Source of the DNA: Lama guanicoe
Lineage: Eukaryota
Assembly (NCBI GenBank): GCA_013239625.1
Contig: MU053557.1
Coordinates: 6,211,842 to 6,275,841 of the forward strand
Length of the DNA stretch: 64,000 bases
Reading direction: 5' to 3'
Both the position numbers and the translations under genes were made by a program. How positions within the stretch are numbered: the stretch's first letter is position 1; the number at the start of each line of letters is the position of its first letter. Below the pieces are notes generated by a model. The model was not told the DNA's origin, searched no databases, and saw only the letters and a program-made list of their open reading frames with translations. Shown here piece by piece: positions 41,401-53,980 of this stretch.

Positions 41401-44061
41401 CCCGAGAAGCCTCCCTGTATCTCTCAAGGCTGGCTGAGGCACCATGCTGCATCCTGGGCTGACCCCTGCTCTGGCTCTCCTGGGGCCCTCCTTCACGCCC
41501 TCAAATATGCATGAGGCATCTGCTCTGGGCTCTGCGTGAGGCGGTGAGCGCTAGCTGGGGAGGGCAGAAATCCTGGCTTCGCTGCACAGCTTGGCCACCA
41601 ACTGGCTCTATAATTTTGGACACATCACTCCTTCCTGAACCTCAGTCTCCTTGCCTGTAGAGTGGGGGAGATTCGGCAGCTCAGCCTGGCTTCCAGGCTT
41701 CTGTGAGGTCAGCAGGATGTGAAAGTACTCTGTCAACTGCCACTCAGGGTGAGTCATTGTTGTGACCAGAGCCTCCCGCGGGGTGAGCTCACTTTTGTAC
41801 ATCCCATCCTCAGAGGCTCCTGGGCGCCGAGAGTCTCCTGAGGATGGGCTTGGAAGCTCACACCTTCCAGGGGTTGGCATCTGGATGAGCACCTGGGCAG
41901 AAGCACAGCCCGGAGGGATGGAAACAGGCATGAACTTTAAACAAAACCAGCTTATGAATCCTTCCACACAGGGGCAAGGGCCTGGTGCTGCTGGGAAAGG
42001 AAGGCAGGGCGGACTGCTCTGAGGCAACAGAGTGAAGGCGTTAACGCCAAAGGGCTTTGAAATCAACAAGAAGCCGCTGGAAGAGCTGAGTAGGGGCAGA
42101 GCAAAGAACACTGGGCTCGGGGACTGGGTGCCTGGGTTCTGCTCTGCGACCTCAGTCAAGACCCTTCCCTCTCCGGGCTTTAACCTCCCATCTATACGTC
42201 GGTGCATCAGCCCAGGTGGTACCGAAGGCCCTTTTCCAATGGGAGAGTCTGTGCGGACTTAACCTGCCTTTCAGGACTTAGGACTGGTGGTCCAGTTCAG
42301 GCTGTGCCAGGGACAGACAGAGACAGCTGGCGAGGCTCTCTGAAAGGCCAGGAGGCAGGGGAACCCATGCTCACTGTGGTCTCCTCTTCCGGACTACGGG
42401 AGAGTCAAGGCCTGGAACAGGGCTCCTCCTCCAGTCTCCTCCTGCCACTGCGTAGATGGAATTCACCCTTGGCCCACTTTGCAGGCTGAGAGGTTGACAC
42501 AGGTGCAGAGAACACAGACTCTCAGACTCATAGCAATCGTCCTGCTCAGCCCCCTCTCTCTCCACACAAGAGGGAGAAACTGAGGCCCAGAGAGCGGTAA
42601 GGGCTTGCTTGGGGTCACACAACATGTTTGTGGCACAGCCAGGATTAACACCGAGGATCGATGTCTAACTATCACCAGCTTCGTTGTAAGGCTCCAGCCA
42701 GGCTCACGTTCACCTGCGCATCATCCCAACAGCCAGCACCCTGCTTCCGCTGAGAGGCAAGCCTCAGTTTCCCTGTTGGAGCCAGGGAACACGCAAGGGT
42801 TTCTAAGTCAGAGCTTGGTGAAGTTTTTTTGAATGGGGAGTGAAGGAGGGGCAAGGAAAGTGGGGGAGCATTGAACTTGGGACCCACACTCATCTCCCTG
42901 GACTAGGCACAGGGCATGGAATAGAATCACCCAGCTTGGGGACAGAACTCCATACTCAACAGGCAGAAAAGCTTGTACACAGGCACAAGCAAAGCAGCAG
43001 AGCGACAGGCACTCAAGTCCACCGAAAAATCACTAGTGTCACAGTGTAGCATCTCCAGGGGACCAGTCATCAAGTTTATAGGACCACCTATTTTCACCCT
43101 GTTGGAGAGCAGGCAGTAGTAGGAAAGGGGTCAGGACTTGAGAGTCCTCCCTGCCCTCTCTGTGCCTTAGATTGTTCCCTGAGGAGGTTGTCCTCCGGCT
43201 CCAGGCTCTGACCTTGCGAGGAAGTCAGACCCCAAGGGGCAGCTGGTCCCACTGCAAGAAACCCGAGTAGCTAGCGTCTCTTGGGCTCTAACCCAGCTCA
43301 GAGGCCCCTTGAGGGAGGGACAGGAAGGGAGGGAAGGGCAGCAGAAGGCGGTAGGTCTCCTCCCTCATCGGCCCCTCCCAGCTACCCCCAGGACAGCCCA
43401 AATGCACCGGCTCTGGGGCCTGAAAAGGCTCTAGACCAGCGCTTCTCAAACTTTGAAGAGTATTGTAATCACCTGGGCATCTTGTTAAGAGGGAGGTTCT
43501 GTTTTAGCAAGTCTGCGGCACGGCCGGCCGGAAATTCTGCTTTTCTAACAGGTCCCAGGTGACGCCAATGATGTAAATCCGTGGACCACTCTGCGAGTAG
43601 CAGCCCCAGAGATTACCTGCCCCTTACTGGTGGGAAAGCCCAAGGCCCAGAGAGTTCAAGTCACATGTCCAAGGCCACACAGCCAGCAGCCCCAGACCGA
43701 CGGAAAAGGGCACCTGCCATAGACACTAGACATTTCCCCAGTCCGCCAGCCAGAATTAGCTGCCCTTTCCCGGCCCTGGGGCCGTGCTGGTAAACTCGGC
43801 TGCCCCGCGCGGCTCAGCCCAGGGCCGGGGGAGGGAGCGCCGCCCGGCCGAGCCTTCCTCGCGTCCCTCCGTGCCTGCCTCTAGCCCGGCGTCCTCCGCC
43901 CGGCGTCCCCGGCCAACCCGGGACAAGCCGGGGCGCCGAGGGCGCCCTGCGGCGGAGCCGTTCCGCGCCCCTCTTCCCTTGAGAAGGCAAACTTCTCCGC
44001 CGGCGCCCTTTACCTTTTTGGGGGGTTTGCAGCAGCTCAGCCTGCTGTGTCCGCAGCCCAT
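13528..44061 (-). CDS. CCDC69: Coiled-coil domain-containing protein 69, spliced CDS: complement(join(13528..13705,14389..14486,15365..15484,15993..16094,17116..17189,25820..25907,26415..26521,29122..29191,44014..44061)), 294 aa
   Basis: Nine exons assembled by hand. All introns are GT-AG, phases are consistent, and the total is 885 nt. The translation MGCGHSRLSCCKPPKK...VTPTEVSFLAT* matches the recalled human CCDC69 protein along its length. Confidence 0.97.
14389..14486 (-). CDS. CCDC69: CCDC69 exon 8 (KEKNLLLEEKITALQQEYEDLHARGRNQMAVS)
   Basis: Acceptor tttgttacag, donor CAG|GTAGCT; 98 nt. Confidence 0.94.
15365..15484 (-). CDS. CCDC69: CCDC69 exon 7 (DYGSPSQFWEQELESLHFVIEMKNERIHELDKRLIVMETV)
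   Basis: Acceptor ccctgtctag, weak donor GTG|GTCTGT; 120 nt; most conserved segment versus recalled human protein. Confidence 0.94.
15993..16094 (-). CDS. CCDC69: CCDC69 exon 6 (ETIDGLTAQLEVFQAKMKRVEESILSRDYKKHIQ)
   Basis: Acceptor ttctccag, donor CAG|GTAGGT; 102 nt. Confidence 0.95.
16330..16850. mobile_element. L2 fragment
   Basis: Degenerate L2-like 3' sequence (pyrimidine-rich, cccagcttagatctcaca). Confidence 0.5.
17116..17189 (-). CDS. CCDC69: CCDC69 exon 5 (VLQASYEQEKEALSHSFQEAEAALQ)
   Basis: Acceptor tttccctgcag, donor CAG|GTAAGA; 74 nt. Confidence 0.94.
18395..18482 (+). repeat. Compound (GTAA)n(TAAA)n microsatellite
   Basis: Seen directly. Confidence 0.9.
21704..21860 (+). mobile_element. 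Camelid tRNA-derived SINE (vic-1-like)
   Basis: ggtatagctcagtggtagag A box and gggttcaatccc B box, followed by an A-rich (TAAA)n tail. Confidence 0.85.
22791..22930 (+). mobile_element. Camelid tRNA-derived SINE (vic-1-like)
   Basis: A/B boxes and A-rich tail; imperfect TSD (aaaaagggtccatttta / aaaaaagtcaatgtta). Confidence 0.85.
23910..24760 (+). mobile_element. L1MB-like 3' end
   Basis: ORF2 C-terminal remnant and 3' UTR motifs (ttaccatgtgacccagccattccagtcctggg; ttctggaagtggacagtggtgatgg). Confidence 0.75.
25820..25907 (-). CDS. CCDC69: CCDC69 exon 4 (VEKERELELGEKLDEQRRVLEEEHKEALR)
   Basis: Acceptor gcccccag, donor GAG|GTAAGG; 88 nt. Confidence 0.95.
26415..26521 (-). CDS. CCDC69: CCDC69 exon 3 (ATTVHLCASEEVEQHQKAITRILQQHEEDRKKWAQQ)
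   Basis: Acceptor cccctgtag, donor CAG|GTAAGT; 107 nt. Confidence 0.95.
26891..27002 (-). mobile_element. Camelid tRNA-derived SINE inserted in a MER102-like element (~26750-27120)
   Basis: Reverse-complement SINE; TSD AACTTTTCT at 26882-26890 and 27003-27011. Confidence 0.85.
27760..27995 (+). mobile_element. L1 3' fragment
   Basis: Translates to MEYYSAIKKNDILPFATMWMDLEGIM, the L1 ORF2 C-terminal signature. Confidence 0.85.
28520..29050 (-). mobile_element. CR1/L3 LINE fragment
   Basis: Diagnostic cagcactccaggtgtggt...atcacctccctgattttagac...ctactaatg. Confidence 0.65.
29122..29191 (-). CDS. CCDC69: CCDC69 exon 2 (RHQRPDQPPRPEPQELGPLNGDT)
   Basis: Acceptor ttcttccag, donor CAG|GTGAGT; 70 nt; matches the PPRPEP..ELGPLNGDT motif. 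Confidence 0.93.
29848..29970 (+). mobile_element. Camelid tRNA-derived SINE (vic-1-like)
   Basis: A/B boxes; TSD AGAA(A/G)GACCCTG at 29836-29847 and 29971-29982. Confidence 0.88.
32386..32453. repeat. (TAA)n/(TTA)n AT-rich microsatellite
   Basis: Seen directly. Confidence 0.9.
33845..34358. repeat. Direct tandem duplication of ~255 bp (33845-34099 and 34102-34358)
   Basis: Copies differ by 3 substitutions and one 2-bp indel (manual comparison). Confidence 0.95.
37524..37924 (-). mobile_element. MLT1 (MaLR) solo LTR
   Basis: tgtaacaaatcaccacaaaattggtgacttacaacaacagaaa...ggggacactattcaatccattaca. Confidence 0.8.
43437..43600. mobile_element. MER5-type hAT MITE
   Basis: cagcgcttctcaaacttt...aatcacctggg...ttttctaacaggtcccaggtga...ggaccactctg. 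Confidence 0.7.
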
Positions 44062-44330
44062 CCTCCTCCGGGGGCTCCCGGACGCCGCCTCCCAACTCCG
44101 GGGCCCCCAGCGGACTGTGCTGTCCGGGCCCCGCTGCCCGCTCCGCGCCCGCCGGTCGGGGCCGCGGGCGAGACCCTGAAACTGAACCTGGAAGCGCAGA
44201 CTTGAGCCGGAGCTGGGGCAGCCGCGCGCCGTAAATACCCGAAAAGCAGGGCCTCGGCGATGCCCGTGGGGCTTTGGGCGCCGCCGCCTGAGGCAGGTGA
44301 CCAGAATTTTCGTAAATGATAGGAACCTCG
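43780..44330 (-). promoter_or_regulatory. CCDC69 CpG-island promoter / exon 1 region
   Basis: Very GC- and CpG-rich stretch surrounding the CCDC69 ATG. Confidence 0.85.
44014..44061 (-). CDS. CCDC69: CCDC69 coding exon 1 (MGCGHSRLSCCKPPKK)
   Basis: ATG at 44061 inside a CpG island; donor AAG|GTAAAG; 48 nt. Confidence 0.95.
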
Positions 44331-45119
44331 AGCCAGGGCAGAAAAGATGCCTAAGAACAATGGATGCTTTTCCAGGCCCTCAGCAGACAAAAGGTTAGAA
44401 AAAAATTTAAAACAATTCTTAAATAAACACAACAGCTACCCCTTATTGAGAGTTGTTTTCTGTCCTAGCTTCTTTTTTTTTTTGTCCTAGCTCCTTTGCA
44501 CATATTGTATCTATTTCTTGCCATCTCCTTGCAACAAAAGTATTGTTGCCTCCATTTTACAGGTAAGGAAAATGAGGCTCAGAGATGTGACTTCCCTAAG
44601 CTCACATAGCTAGTAAGTACCAGAGCCCAGATAAAATTCAGTTCTGACTTCATCCACTTCCCTACAAATAAGCTTCCATCCGCTCCCCTACAAATTCGTA
44701 ATAATGAGAAGTTTAATTCTAATGCCTCCTCACTTCTGGGTCCATAGCTCTTTCCAGCTGACAAGCATCTGTAATATTCTATTCTGTCCATCTTGAATAG
44801 ATGTTACCCATCACAACAAATTTATCAGGCAGACAGGCAGACGCGGGGATAACAAGGGACATAAAACATCAGTGCCTGGGAAAAAGAACTTTTAGTTACC
44901 CTCGCTTTGCTACTGGCTGAAGTTTCTGGGACACTAACTTTGAAAAATCAGTGTGCTATCCGTGTGTGTGTGCGCGCGTGCGCGCGAATGGAAAAAGACT
45001 GTGAGACCACAAAAGAACTTCCCCCTTCACAGAGTAGAAGACCAATTACAGCAGGTTCTAAGAAAGGAAACTGAGGACACAGGTGATCTTAGGTTCTTGG
45101 AAAGAAGCATAATATAAGA

Positions 45120-45306
45120 AGGTAGCTCACAAAGTGTGGTCCCAGATCAGCAGCATCAGCGCTACCGGAGAGCTTTGTTAGAAAGACAAATGATCACATC
45201 CCACGCAAACCGACAGATCCTAAACTCTGGGGGTGGGGCTCAGGAATCTCAAATTTCCAAGCCCCCCTAAGTGATTCTGACCCATGCTCAAGTTTGAGAA
45301 CCACTG
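45120..45306. mobile_element. MER5A hAT MITE
   Basis: aaagtgtggtccc...cagcatcagc...aagtttgagaaccactg. Confidence 0.75.
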
Positions 45307-46149
45307 CTGTAGGTTATGCTGAACAGGTAACGAGGAAAGAGTGTCTGCTTAAACTGATAACGATTATGAAACAGTGCTCAAGATTGAATAAAAACCCAAA
45401 CCACCAATTTTAAAAAATTAACCTAAATACCAAAAAAAGACTTTTGTTTAAATAAATTATGCTATATCCGTAAAATTAGAATGTCATATAATCAGTAAAA
45501 ATACTGATGAAAATGAAGTTTCAAAATGTTATAAAATGTAAAAGAAAAGTATTAATAGTGATTACTTCTGGATGAGATTTTGGCCACTTCAAGCTATTCT
45601 TCATTTTCTTATATTTAAAAAATGAGTCTACACTTATTACTATTGTAATAAGAAAATAACTGTTGTAATAAGAAAAAGTTTTCTAAAAAAGTTTTTAAAC
45701 CCATACATGAGACTGAGACTAGTTTTTCAGCATCAAGTGGGTAAGTATATGAAATCCTAAAGAAATAGACAATGAGAATTAACTAAATAGAAAAGCAACT
45801 TAACAGGTAAACATGCCCAAAAATAGTGTGGGGGGATCATAGCCAGTAATGCCCTGTGTGATCCTCAACCTGCTGTCTCTCCTTCTGGAGAGTTTCCCAT
45901 CTGAATACTGAAGAACTGAAATTGATCTCGAATTTTAATGTCAGCAGTTCAAATCAATCATTTAGCCTTGGGAGTAGGAACCAGGCAGGCAAATTCTGTT
46001 CCCGGAGCCTCCGGTCTTAGGAGCTCTTGTCTCCAGCTTCTTTAAGCTTCCTGGGAGACGGGGCTCAGGTTTCCTACTTTCACACAACTGGCTTTTTGGT
46101 TATGTGCTTTGAAGTTTCTGCCTGAGGGGGGGAAAAAAACCTAAGGAGG

Positions 46150-46180
<31 letters not shown>

Positions 46181-46229
46181 GCTTTAGGAATTTGAGTGTG
46201 AATAAGTTGTTAATGAGATTTTTGGTACT

Positions 46230-46615
46230 TGATGTGCCAGGCAGGTTAGGTGAGTTTTTTCTATGAAATGAAAAATCTAAAAATCTCAGCAACTTATCAT
46301 GAGGGAAGATAAGTTTTGCTCACACTATGTGTCCAGCACGGGGAGGCTGAGGGCTCCGTTTCACAGAGACATTCTACACCACCCTATGATGCTGCCATCC
46401 CAACACCATGGCTTTGGAGTTCACCGGGTCAAGAGAAGACAGCGTACAGAGAATGGTGAATGGGGCCTTAAGTCCTTCCGCAAGTCCACTCACATTTTAT
46501 TGGCCAAAGCAACTCACATTGTCATGCCCAAGTTCAAGGGAACAGAGACGTGCACTGTGTGCCCAGAAGGAGAGGAGAAGCAGAAGTACTGGTGAACAGC
46601 AGACATGTCTACCAT
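46230..46615 (-). mobile_element. Old MLT1 (K/L-like) LTR
   Basis: ctcacattttattggccaaagcaactcacat...cccaagttcaaggg motif. Confidence 0.6.
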
Positions 46616-46669
46616 AGTTAGCAATCAACAAGCAGGTGCTATGATGTGCCCATTTCTTGGGCAAGTAGA

Positions 46670-46765
46670 AACTCATCCTGGTCTGCTCAGGATTTCCCCA
46701 CTTTCAGTGCTGATGGTCCCATGTCCCAGGAAACTCCTAGGCACACTGGGATGATTGACCACTAT
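46670..46765. mobile_element. MER81-like hAT-Blackjack MITE
   Basis: cagtgctgatggtcccatgtcccaggaaac...ctgggatgattgaccacta. Confidence 0.5.
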
Positions 46766-47509
46766 GGGCAAGGCGTAGTGAAGACTCAGTTCTTGTCTTG
46801 AATTGGCTATAATCTATTTTTTTGGTGTTAGACCTATACATCGGAAAAGATGCAAAACTTACAAAAACAGGTTATAAAGCTAATGTCAAGTTGTGTACTC
46901 CATGTGGGAAGTATTAGTATTAAAAGGATATGAGAGGCCATGGTGGATGGGAGTGGGGAGGGAGGACTTCCTGGAGAAATACTAAAACCAAAGGCCATTC
47001 ATGACCAAAGGAATCTGAGAATCTCAGTTTGGGGTGGGATCTGATGTTTAGCATCTGTTGCTTGCAACTAAGGTAAGTCGCTTTTGTAATTTCCCTTCTA
47101 TAATTCCCCTTCCTACTCTGCTTGTGCAGTCTATGTTTGACTAATTCCAGTAATGGGGAAATCACTACCTGCCTTTCCAGATTTAGGAGGAAGAGGAGAA
47201 ACAGGGAGGAGTAATCATCAGAGTGGGGAATAGCATAGGCCAAACCAGGGAAGAGTGTGGAGGCTGGGACGTTGGGGAGTGAGGAATTAGTGTTGGTGAC
47301 TAGGATGTGTGTAAAGGGACAAAAGTGGAGGATGGGGTGGGCTTTTTGGGAAAAGATTGGAAAGAAATATGGGAATTATCCTGAACATCTCTCATATGAA
47401 AACTACAATATACTCATACATAAAAGTTTTGCCTAGAATTTCAGGAAGTCCCCTGCTGCCCATGAAATGAGGCTGTGTGTTGATCCCAGGTTAAGAACCT
47501 CTCAACTCA

Positions 47510-48402
47510 AAGTGAAGTCAGATAGATAAAGACAAATACCATATGATATCACTTATACGTGGAATCTTAAAAAAGACACAAATGAACTTATTTACAAAAC
47601 AGAAACAGACTCATAGACATAGAAAACAATCTTATGGTTACTGGGGGGAAAGAGGGATAAGTTGGGAGTTTGGGGTTTGCAGATACTAACTACTATCTAT
47701 AAAATAAACAAGGTCCTACTGTATAGCACAGGGAACTCTATTTAACACCTTGTAATAACCTATAATGATAAAGAATATGAAAAAGAATATACATACATAT
47801 ATATAACTGAATCACTTTGCTGTACACCAGAAACCAACACAACATTGTAAATTAACTATACTTCAATAATTTAAAAAACCCAAAAGACTAAAAATAGACT
47901 TACCATATGATTCAACAATCGTACTCTGGGCATATATTTGGAGGGAACTCTAATTCGAAAAGATACCTGCACCCCAATATTCATAGCAGCACTATATACA
48001 ATAGCCAAGACCTGGAAACAACCTAAATGTCCATCAACAGATGACTGGATAAAAAAGTTGTGGTATATTTATGTAGTGGAATACTACTCAGCCATAAAAA
48101 AGAATAAATAATGCTGTTTGTAGCAACATGGATGGAGATTGTCATTCTAAATGAAGCCAGAAAGAGAAAGAAAAATACCATATGATATCACTCATATGTG
48201 GAATCTAAAAAAAAAAAAAGAGGACACTAATAAACTCATCTATAAAAAAGAAATAGACTTGCAGACATAGTAAACAATCTTATGGTTACTGGGGAAAAGG
48301 GAGTGGGAAGGGATAAATTTGGGAGTTTGAGATTTGCAAATGTTAGCCACTATGTATAAAAATAGATTAAAAAATAATAATAAAATAAAGTTTAAAAAAA
48401 AA
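47510..48402 (+). mobile_element. Two adjacent L1 3'-end fragments (~47510-47880 and ~47890-48402)
   Basis: Each carries aaataccatatgatatcact...tggaatct followed by a 3' UTR and A-rich end. Confidence 0.8.
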
Positions 48403-48721
48403 CCTGTCAACTCAGTGGGCACTGAACATCTTTCTAGCCCTGAGAGCTTTCTCCGTTTGGGTCCTGATTTAGCCCAGTCGTTCCCCAAACATGTTGTCTG
48501 CCCAGAGTGACTTTCTTCGCCATCCATCTCTGCAGATTGTAATTCTACCTGTACATCAAGAAGCAGTCACGTGCCCTCTCCTTCCAAAGCCCTGCAGTGC
48601 CTGTTCTTCAGCTGTCTTACTTGTTTGTGCGCTCTGTGAGTCCTCCCCAGTGGACTGAGGGTTACATAGCTCTGCCTCCTCCCTCCTCACCCCACCTGGT
48701 CCTTAGTAGGTTGTAGGAGGT

Positions 48722-49275
48722 TGTGGCAGAGGCTTCCAGTCATCTTACTCAACTTCCATTCTTCCTGAGTAACAGAATCCTGATCTTCTCTGGGACAACA
48801 GGGTGGTGGGCTAACAGGCTACTTACTCAGCTTCACTTGAATCGGGGGTGGCAGGGGATGTGCAAGGGGAAATAATGCATTGGGGCTTCCAGGAAAACAT
48901 TCAGTAGAAGAATGACTCAGCTGGGAGCAGGGTTCCTCCTTTCCTTGCCGCTGCTTTTCATGCCTGGAATACATACATGATGGTTGAGTTCTAGTAGCCA
49001 TTTTATTACCCTGAGCAAAAATATGGAAGAAACCTTGGTTTCTGATGAATTTATGGAGCCCCAATATCAGCTTAAAAAAATTTTTTTAATAGAGATACTG
49101 GGGATTCAACCCAGGACCCCATGCTTGCTTAGCGGGTGCTCTACCACTGAGCTGTACCCACCTACTCCATACCGGCTCTGGTCAACTACTTCCTAGTATT
49201 TTCACGTAGTAAACAAATTTGTTTTAGCCCCTGCCACTGAAATTCTGTCACTAGCAGCAGAGCACAATATCTAAC
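48722..49275 (+). mobile_element. Old MLT1 (J/K-like) LTR, interrupted by a minus-strand camelid SINE at ~49073-49165
   Basis: tgtggcaga start; ttctgtcactagcagcagagcaca end; embedded ctggggattcaacccaggacc...ctctaccactgagct. Confidence 0.6.
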
Positions 49276-51375
49276 CACCTCATAGGCCACAAATTAAGGT
49301 ATGTTCTACTGCATTTAGTTAGAATAATTTACTCTTGGAGACACTATGTTCACCCCACCTTCAGTTCTGGAGGTGAGACACAAGGCTCTTCTAAGAAAGA
49401 TACCCTGGTTTTGCCAGACTCTTGATGGAAATGTTGGTTTTGACAGCTTCCTCTTAGAAGGAAGAGAGAAGGAAATGAGAAGTAACATAAAGTTGTTGAA
49501 TCTTGAGCGTCTATGGGAGTGTTTCTCAAAGAGTTTGCAGGCTCATTTGCTATAGAATCAGCTGGAGTCCTCTCTCCTTTTCCACTTTTTGGATCAGCCC
49601 TGGAGGACTGAGTCTGAGGAATTTTCACATTAAAATTTTAGCCTTATTGATCCAATGGTTTTGGTGGGCCATTTCACCGGGGAATCAAATGGCTACACTA
49701 ATTATGTTGCATTGTGTTGAACTGAATTAATGGGGAAGTCCCTGGAAAGGTGCATTGAGTTTGAGAATTGCTAATTAGCAAGAAGACATCCCTTACTATT
49801 TTCCCAGAAGACTTGCGGTTTGGGACTTGGGGCTGCCTTGAGAGAGGCAACAAGATTCACTTAATCACTTTCTTTATACCAAGAGTAGATTCATGTCAAT
49901 AATCTTTGGTTAATGCTTTCTCTGCTCAATGATGTTCAGGTCCTTCAAGATCTGAGGAGGTTCTCAAGGAGCTTCTATGGTGATGCAGAGTACGAGGGTA
50001 CAGAGTATCTCCTAAGGATTCCAGGGGACACTGCACATCATCTCTCTAAGTGGGCTCTAGGGTCTGGAGGCTGCTAGGAATGGACAGGAGCCAACATTTC
50101 TTTACGTCAGGGGATCAGCAGCGTCAGTATCTCTTGGGAAATGGTTAGACATGCAAATGATTGGGCTCCACCCCAGACCAGCTCCCTCAGAAATGCTGGG
50201 TGTGGGGCCCAGGAATCTGTTTTATAAGTCCTCCAGGTAATTCTGAGCTGTGCTTACATTTGGGCTGCTTTCAACCTTTATGTCCTCCTGGCAGCCATCT
50301 TTTAGCGGGCACAGAGAAGAGGGATAGAGTGTGGTCCAGGGCTCAGTGAGTCTACAGGTGAGACCCATTACCCACGCCTGAGACATCCTTGGCTGCCAAG
50401 TGTCCCGTGTCTAGGCCACTCCTACTGTGCCTTCTGTGTGAAACACAGGGGACTGTTCCGTGGGTTCTGAGCCAGGCCCTGAGCCGTCTCACATCTGGGA
50501 GCTAAGGGTGAGTCCTTATGGACAGAGTCCTCTGAAGAGCAGCTTGTTGGTTTAATCAATGAACAGAACTTCAACGCTACCTGGGGGTTTCCCAGGCCCA
50601 AATCAGGGTTGGATACCGACTTGTCTGGCTGCACCTAAGTCAGCCATCTCCCTGTCCTCTCCAAATGCCCCCACATCCCTTATCAGAGGACCTTTGGCAC
50701 CTTCTGCATGTTCCCACCAGACATCATGTTCCCCATTCCATTCAGTTCCAAACATATTTACTGTGTACGCCCAGTGTGATCTCAATTTCCAGCAGCCAGC
50801 CTCACTGTTTGATTTGAAAAATGAGTATTTTCCTAACAATGTTACTTGCTATGTAATCAAAATTTAAACAACACTTTTCTAACAGAAAGCATCCCTAAAT
50901 CCCTCCTTTCTAGAAAACCTGGTATTTCCCACCATGATGCCACCGTCCTTGCTCTGCTCCATTGGGAGCATCTCACAGGGAACTAGCTGGAGTGGGAGTT
51001 GGAAGACGGCGAGGCAGGGACTGTTATTTTCCGAGTCAAAAACTGGAACAAATGATTTAGCAGAGGAATCTGTGACATTTATATTTTTGTTGACCAGATT
51101 CTACTCATTGACTGTTTGCCAACATACTGGAATTTCTGGGGCATCTAAATGGTTTGTGGGGACAAGGAGGCAGAATATTTGTAAATGGGAGCAACCCAGA
51201 ACACATAAGAGGTATGATCTAAGCCCAAGGCTTGAAACCTAAATGCCTGCAAGGCTGCGTAGGTACACAAAGGAGGAGAGGGCATGAGATAGGGCTGGGT
51301 CTAAACTGGGGACCACAAAGTCATCTAAAAGGAGCACAAGCGGATGTGATGCTCTGGATGAGTGCAAGAAGGAAA

Positions 51376-51411
51376 TGAAACCCCAAGCTGGCCTGAAACC
51401 CCAAGCTGGCC
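51376..51411. repeat. Perfect 18-bp tandem duplication TGAAACCCCAAGCTGGCC x2
   Basis: Seen directly. Confidence 0.9.
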
Positions 51412-52959
51412 TGATCTTCTAATTTTTGAAGAGAAACTAGAAATCTGTTTTTTTTTAATGTAAAATTTCTCTCTCTCACACACACACACATACACACACC
51501 ATCATGCAAGCTAAACAAAATATTTGCAGGAGGTTATGTCGCCACTGGTCAAGGTAGACAAATAATATAACAAGGGGTGTGGAAAAATACCACGGCAGAA
51601 AAGGAGCCACGAGATCTATCCGGGAGGAAAGGGACGGGCAGGTTTCCCCACAGATGTGATGGTCGACCTGGGTTGTGTAGATTAAGCAGGGATTCTTCTT
51701 GTCGAGAACATGGGGAAGTGTAACTCAGGGAGGGAATGGATGTGTTAACTAACCTTATTGTGGGGATCATTTTGCAACATATACATGTATAGAATTCAAA
51801 CTAAAAAAAGAAAGTGTGGGAGAACATTTCTGCCTAGTGCCCAGCACTGCATGGGTTTTCAGGGGGCTCAGCACCTCTGTGTGGCTGGAGGGCTGGGTGA
51901 ACACAGGGAGGGAGGAGATGCAGATAGACGGGAGAACCTTGAAGACTTGGCCAAGACATTTTTTACCTTCTCCTGTGGGCAGTGGGGGTGGCACCGCCAG
52001 ACTGACATGCTTCACGGTCACTCTGGGGCTTAGGTGGAGGGTGGACAGAAAGCGCTATCCTGGAGCCATCAAACATCTTCTGCAAGGGTTCAGGGGGAAC
52101 CACTGTGGGTCCCAGAGGCACTTGGGTCCAGAAGGCCTGCAGCCCTGGTACAGCTCAGGCCCTGGCCCCACTGAACCCCAGCCTGAGAGAATATGGTAAC
52201 TGCAGCGAGCACTGCACGGCACAGTGTGGGTGCCCCTGGGCAGGCGGAGAGCAGTGTCCTCTCCTCGGCCTGGGAGGTGGCAACAAGCAGCCGGCAGTGT
52301 TGTGGTTACCAGGGCCTTGGGTTACAACACATGTTTGTTTGGTTTGTTTTTTTTTTAAAAGGTTGCAATACCTTTTAATCTGGGCCCTGGACAGGATCCA
52401 AGGACTGTAGCGGGGACCAGCCCCTATGGTGCTTCTTAAAGAAGCAGCTGCAGAGGGAAGGAGCCGCGGAAAGGTGGATTGCCGGGAGAGCCTGAGTTCA
52501 GGCAGGGCTTGGATGATGGGCAAGGCTGAAAGGAGAGCAGATCTCCAGTTCGCTCCATTCCCTCTTTTCCTTCCTAGAAGCACTTTTGCATCCGGGGTGC
52601 TTGGGGATATCAGTCTTCTGAGCTGTCCGGGAAAACTAGAAGCAGTGGGTAGCACAGCCCATGAATGTGGGGGCCAGTTCCTTGGGAGGAAAGATCTTTC
52701 AACTGGTCCAAGATTCAGGGTCTGGTTTGACAGGGAGTGAGTGCCCCATTGCAGGAGGTATAACACTGCAGAGGCTAACACTGGTAGGGCATGCTGGAGA
52801 AAGCATGCAAGGGCCTGCTGGGGGAGGGGTCCTGAGGGAATGGATGCTCAGGTCCATTTTGATTGTGACTGGAAAGGATCTTTGTTGTGGTCCTTTTTCC
52901 GAGACTGAAGTTATTCCTCAAAGGCATCGAGATTGGGATTCAAGAGACTTTCATTTTGG

Positions 52960-53980
<1,021 letters not shown>

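Noticed and set aside
52155..52781. Long ORFs of 170-208 aa (also 4419, 15905, 37680, 40684, 41608, 63156)
   Set aside because: No recognisable domain, often non-ATG starts, overlapping repeats or GC-rich DNA; expected by chance.
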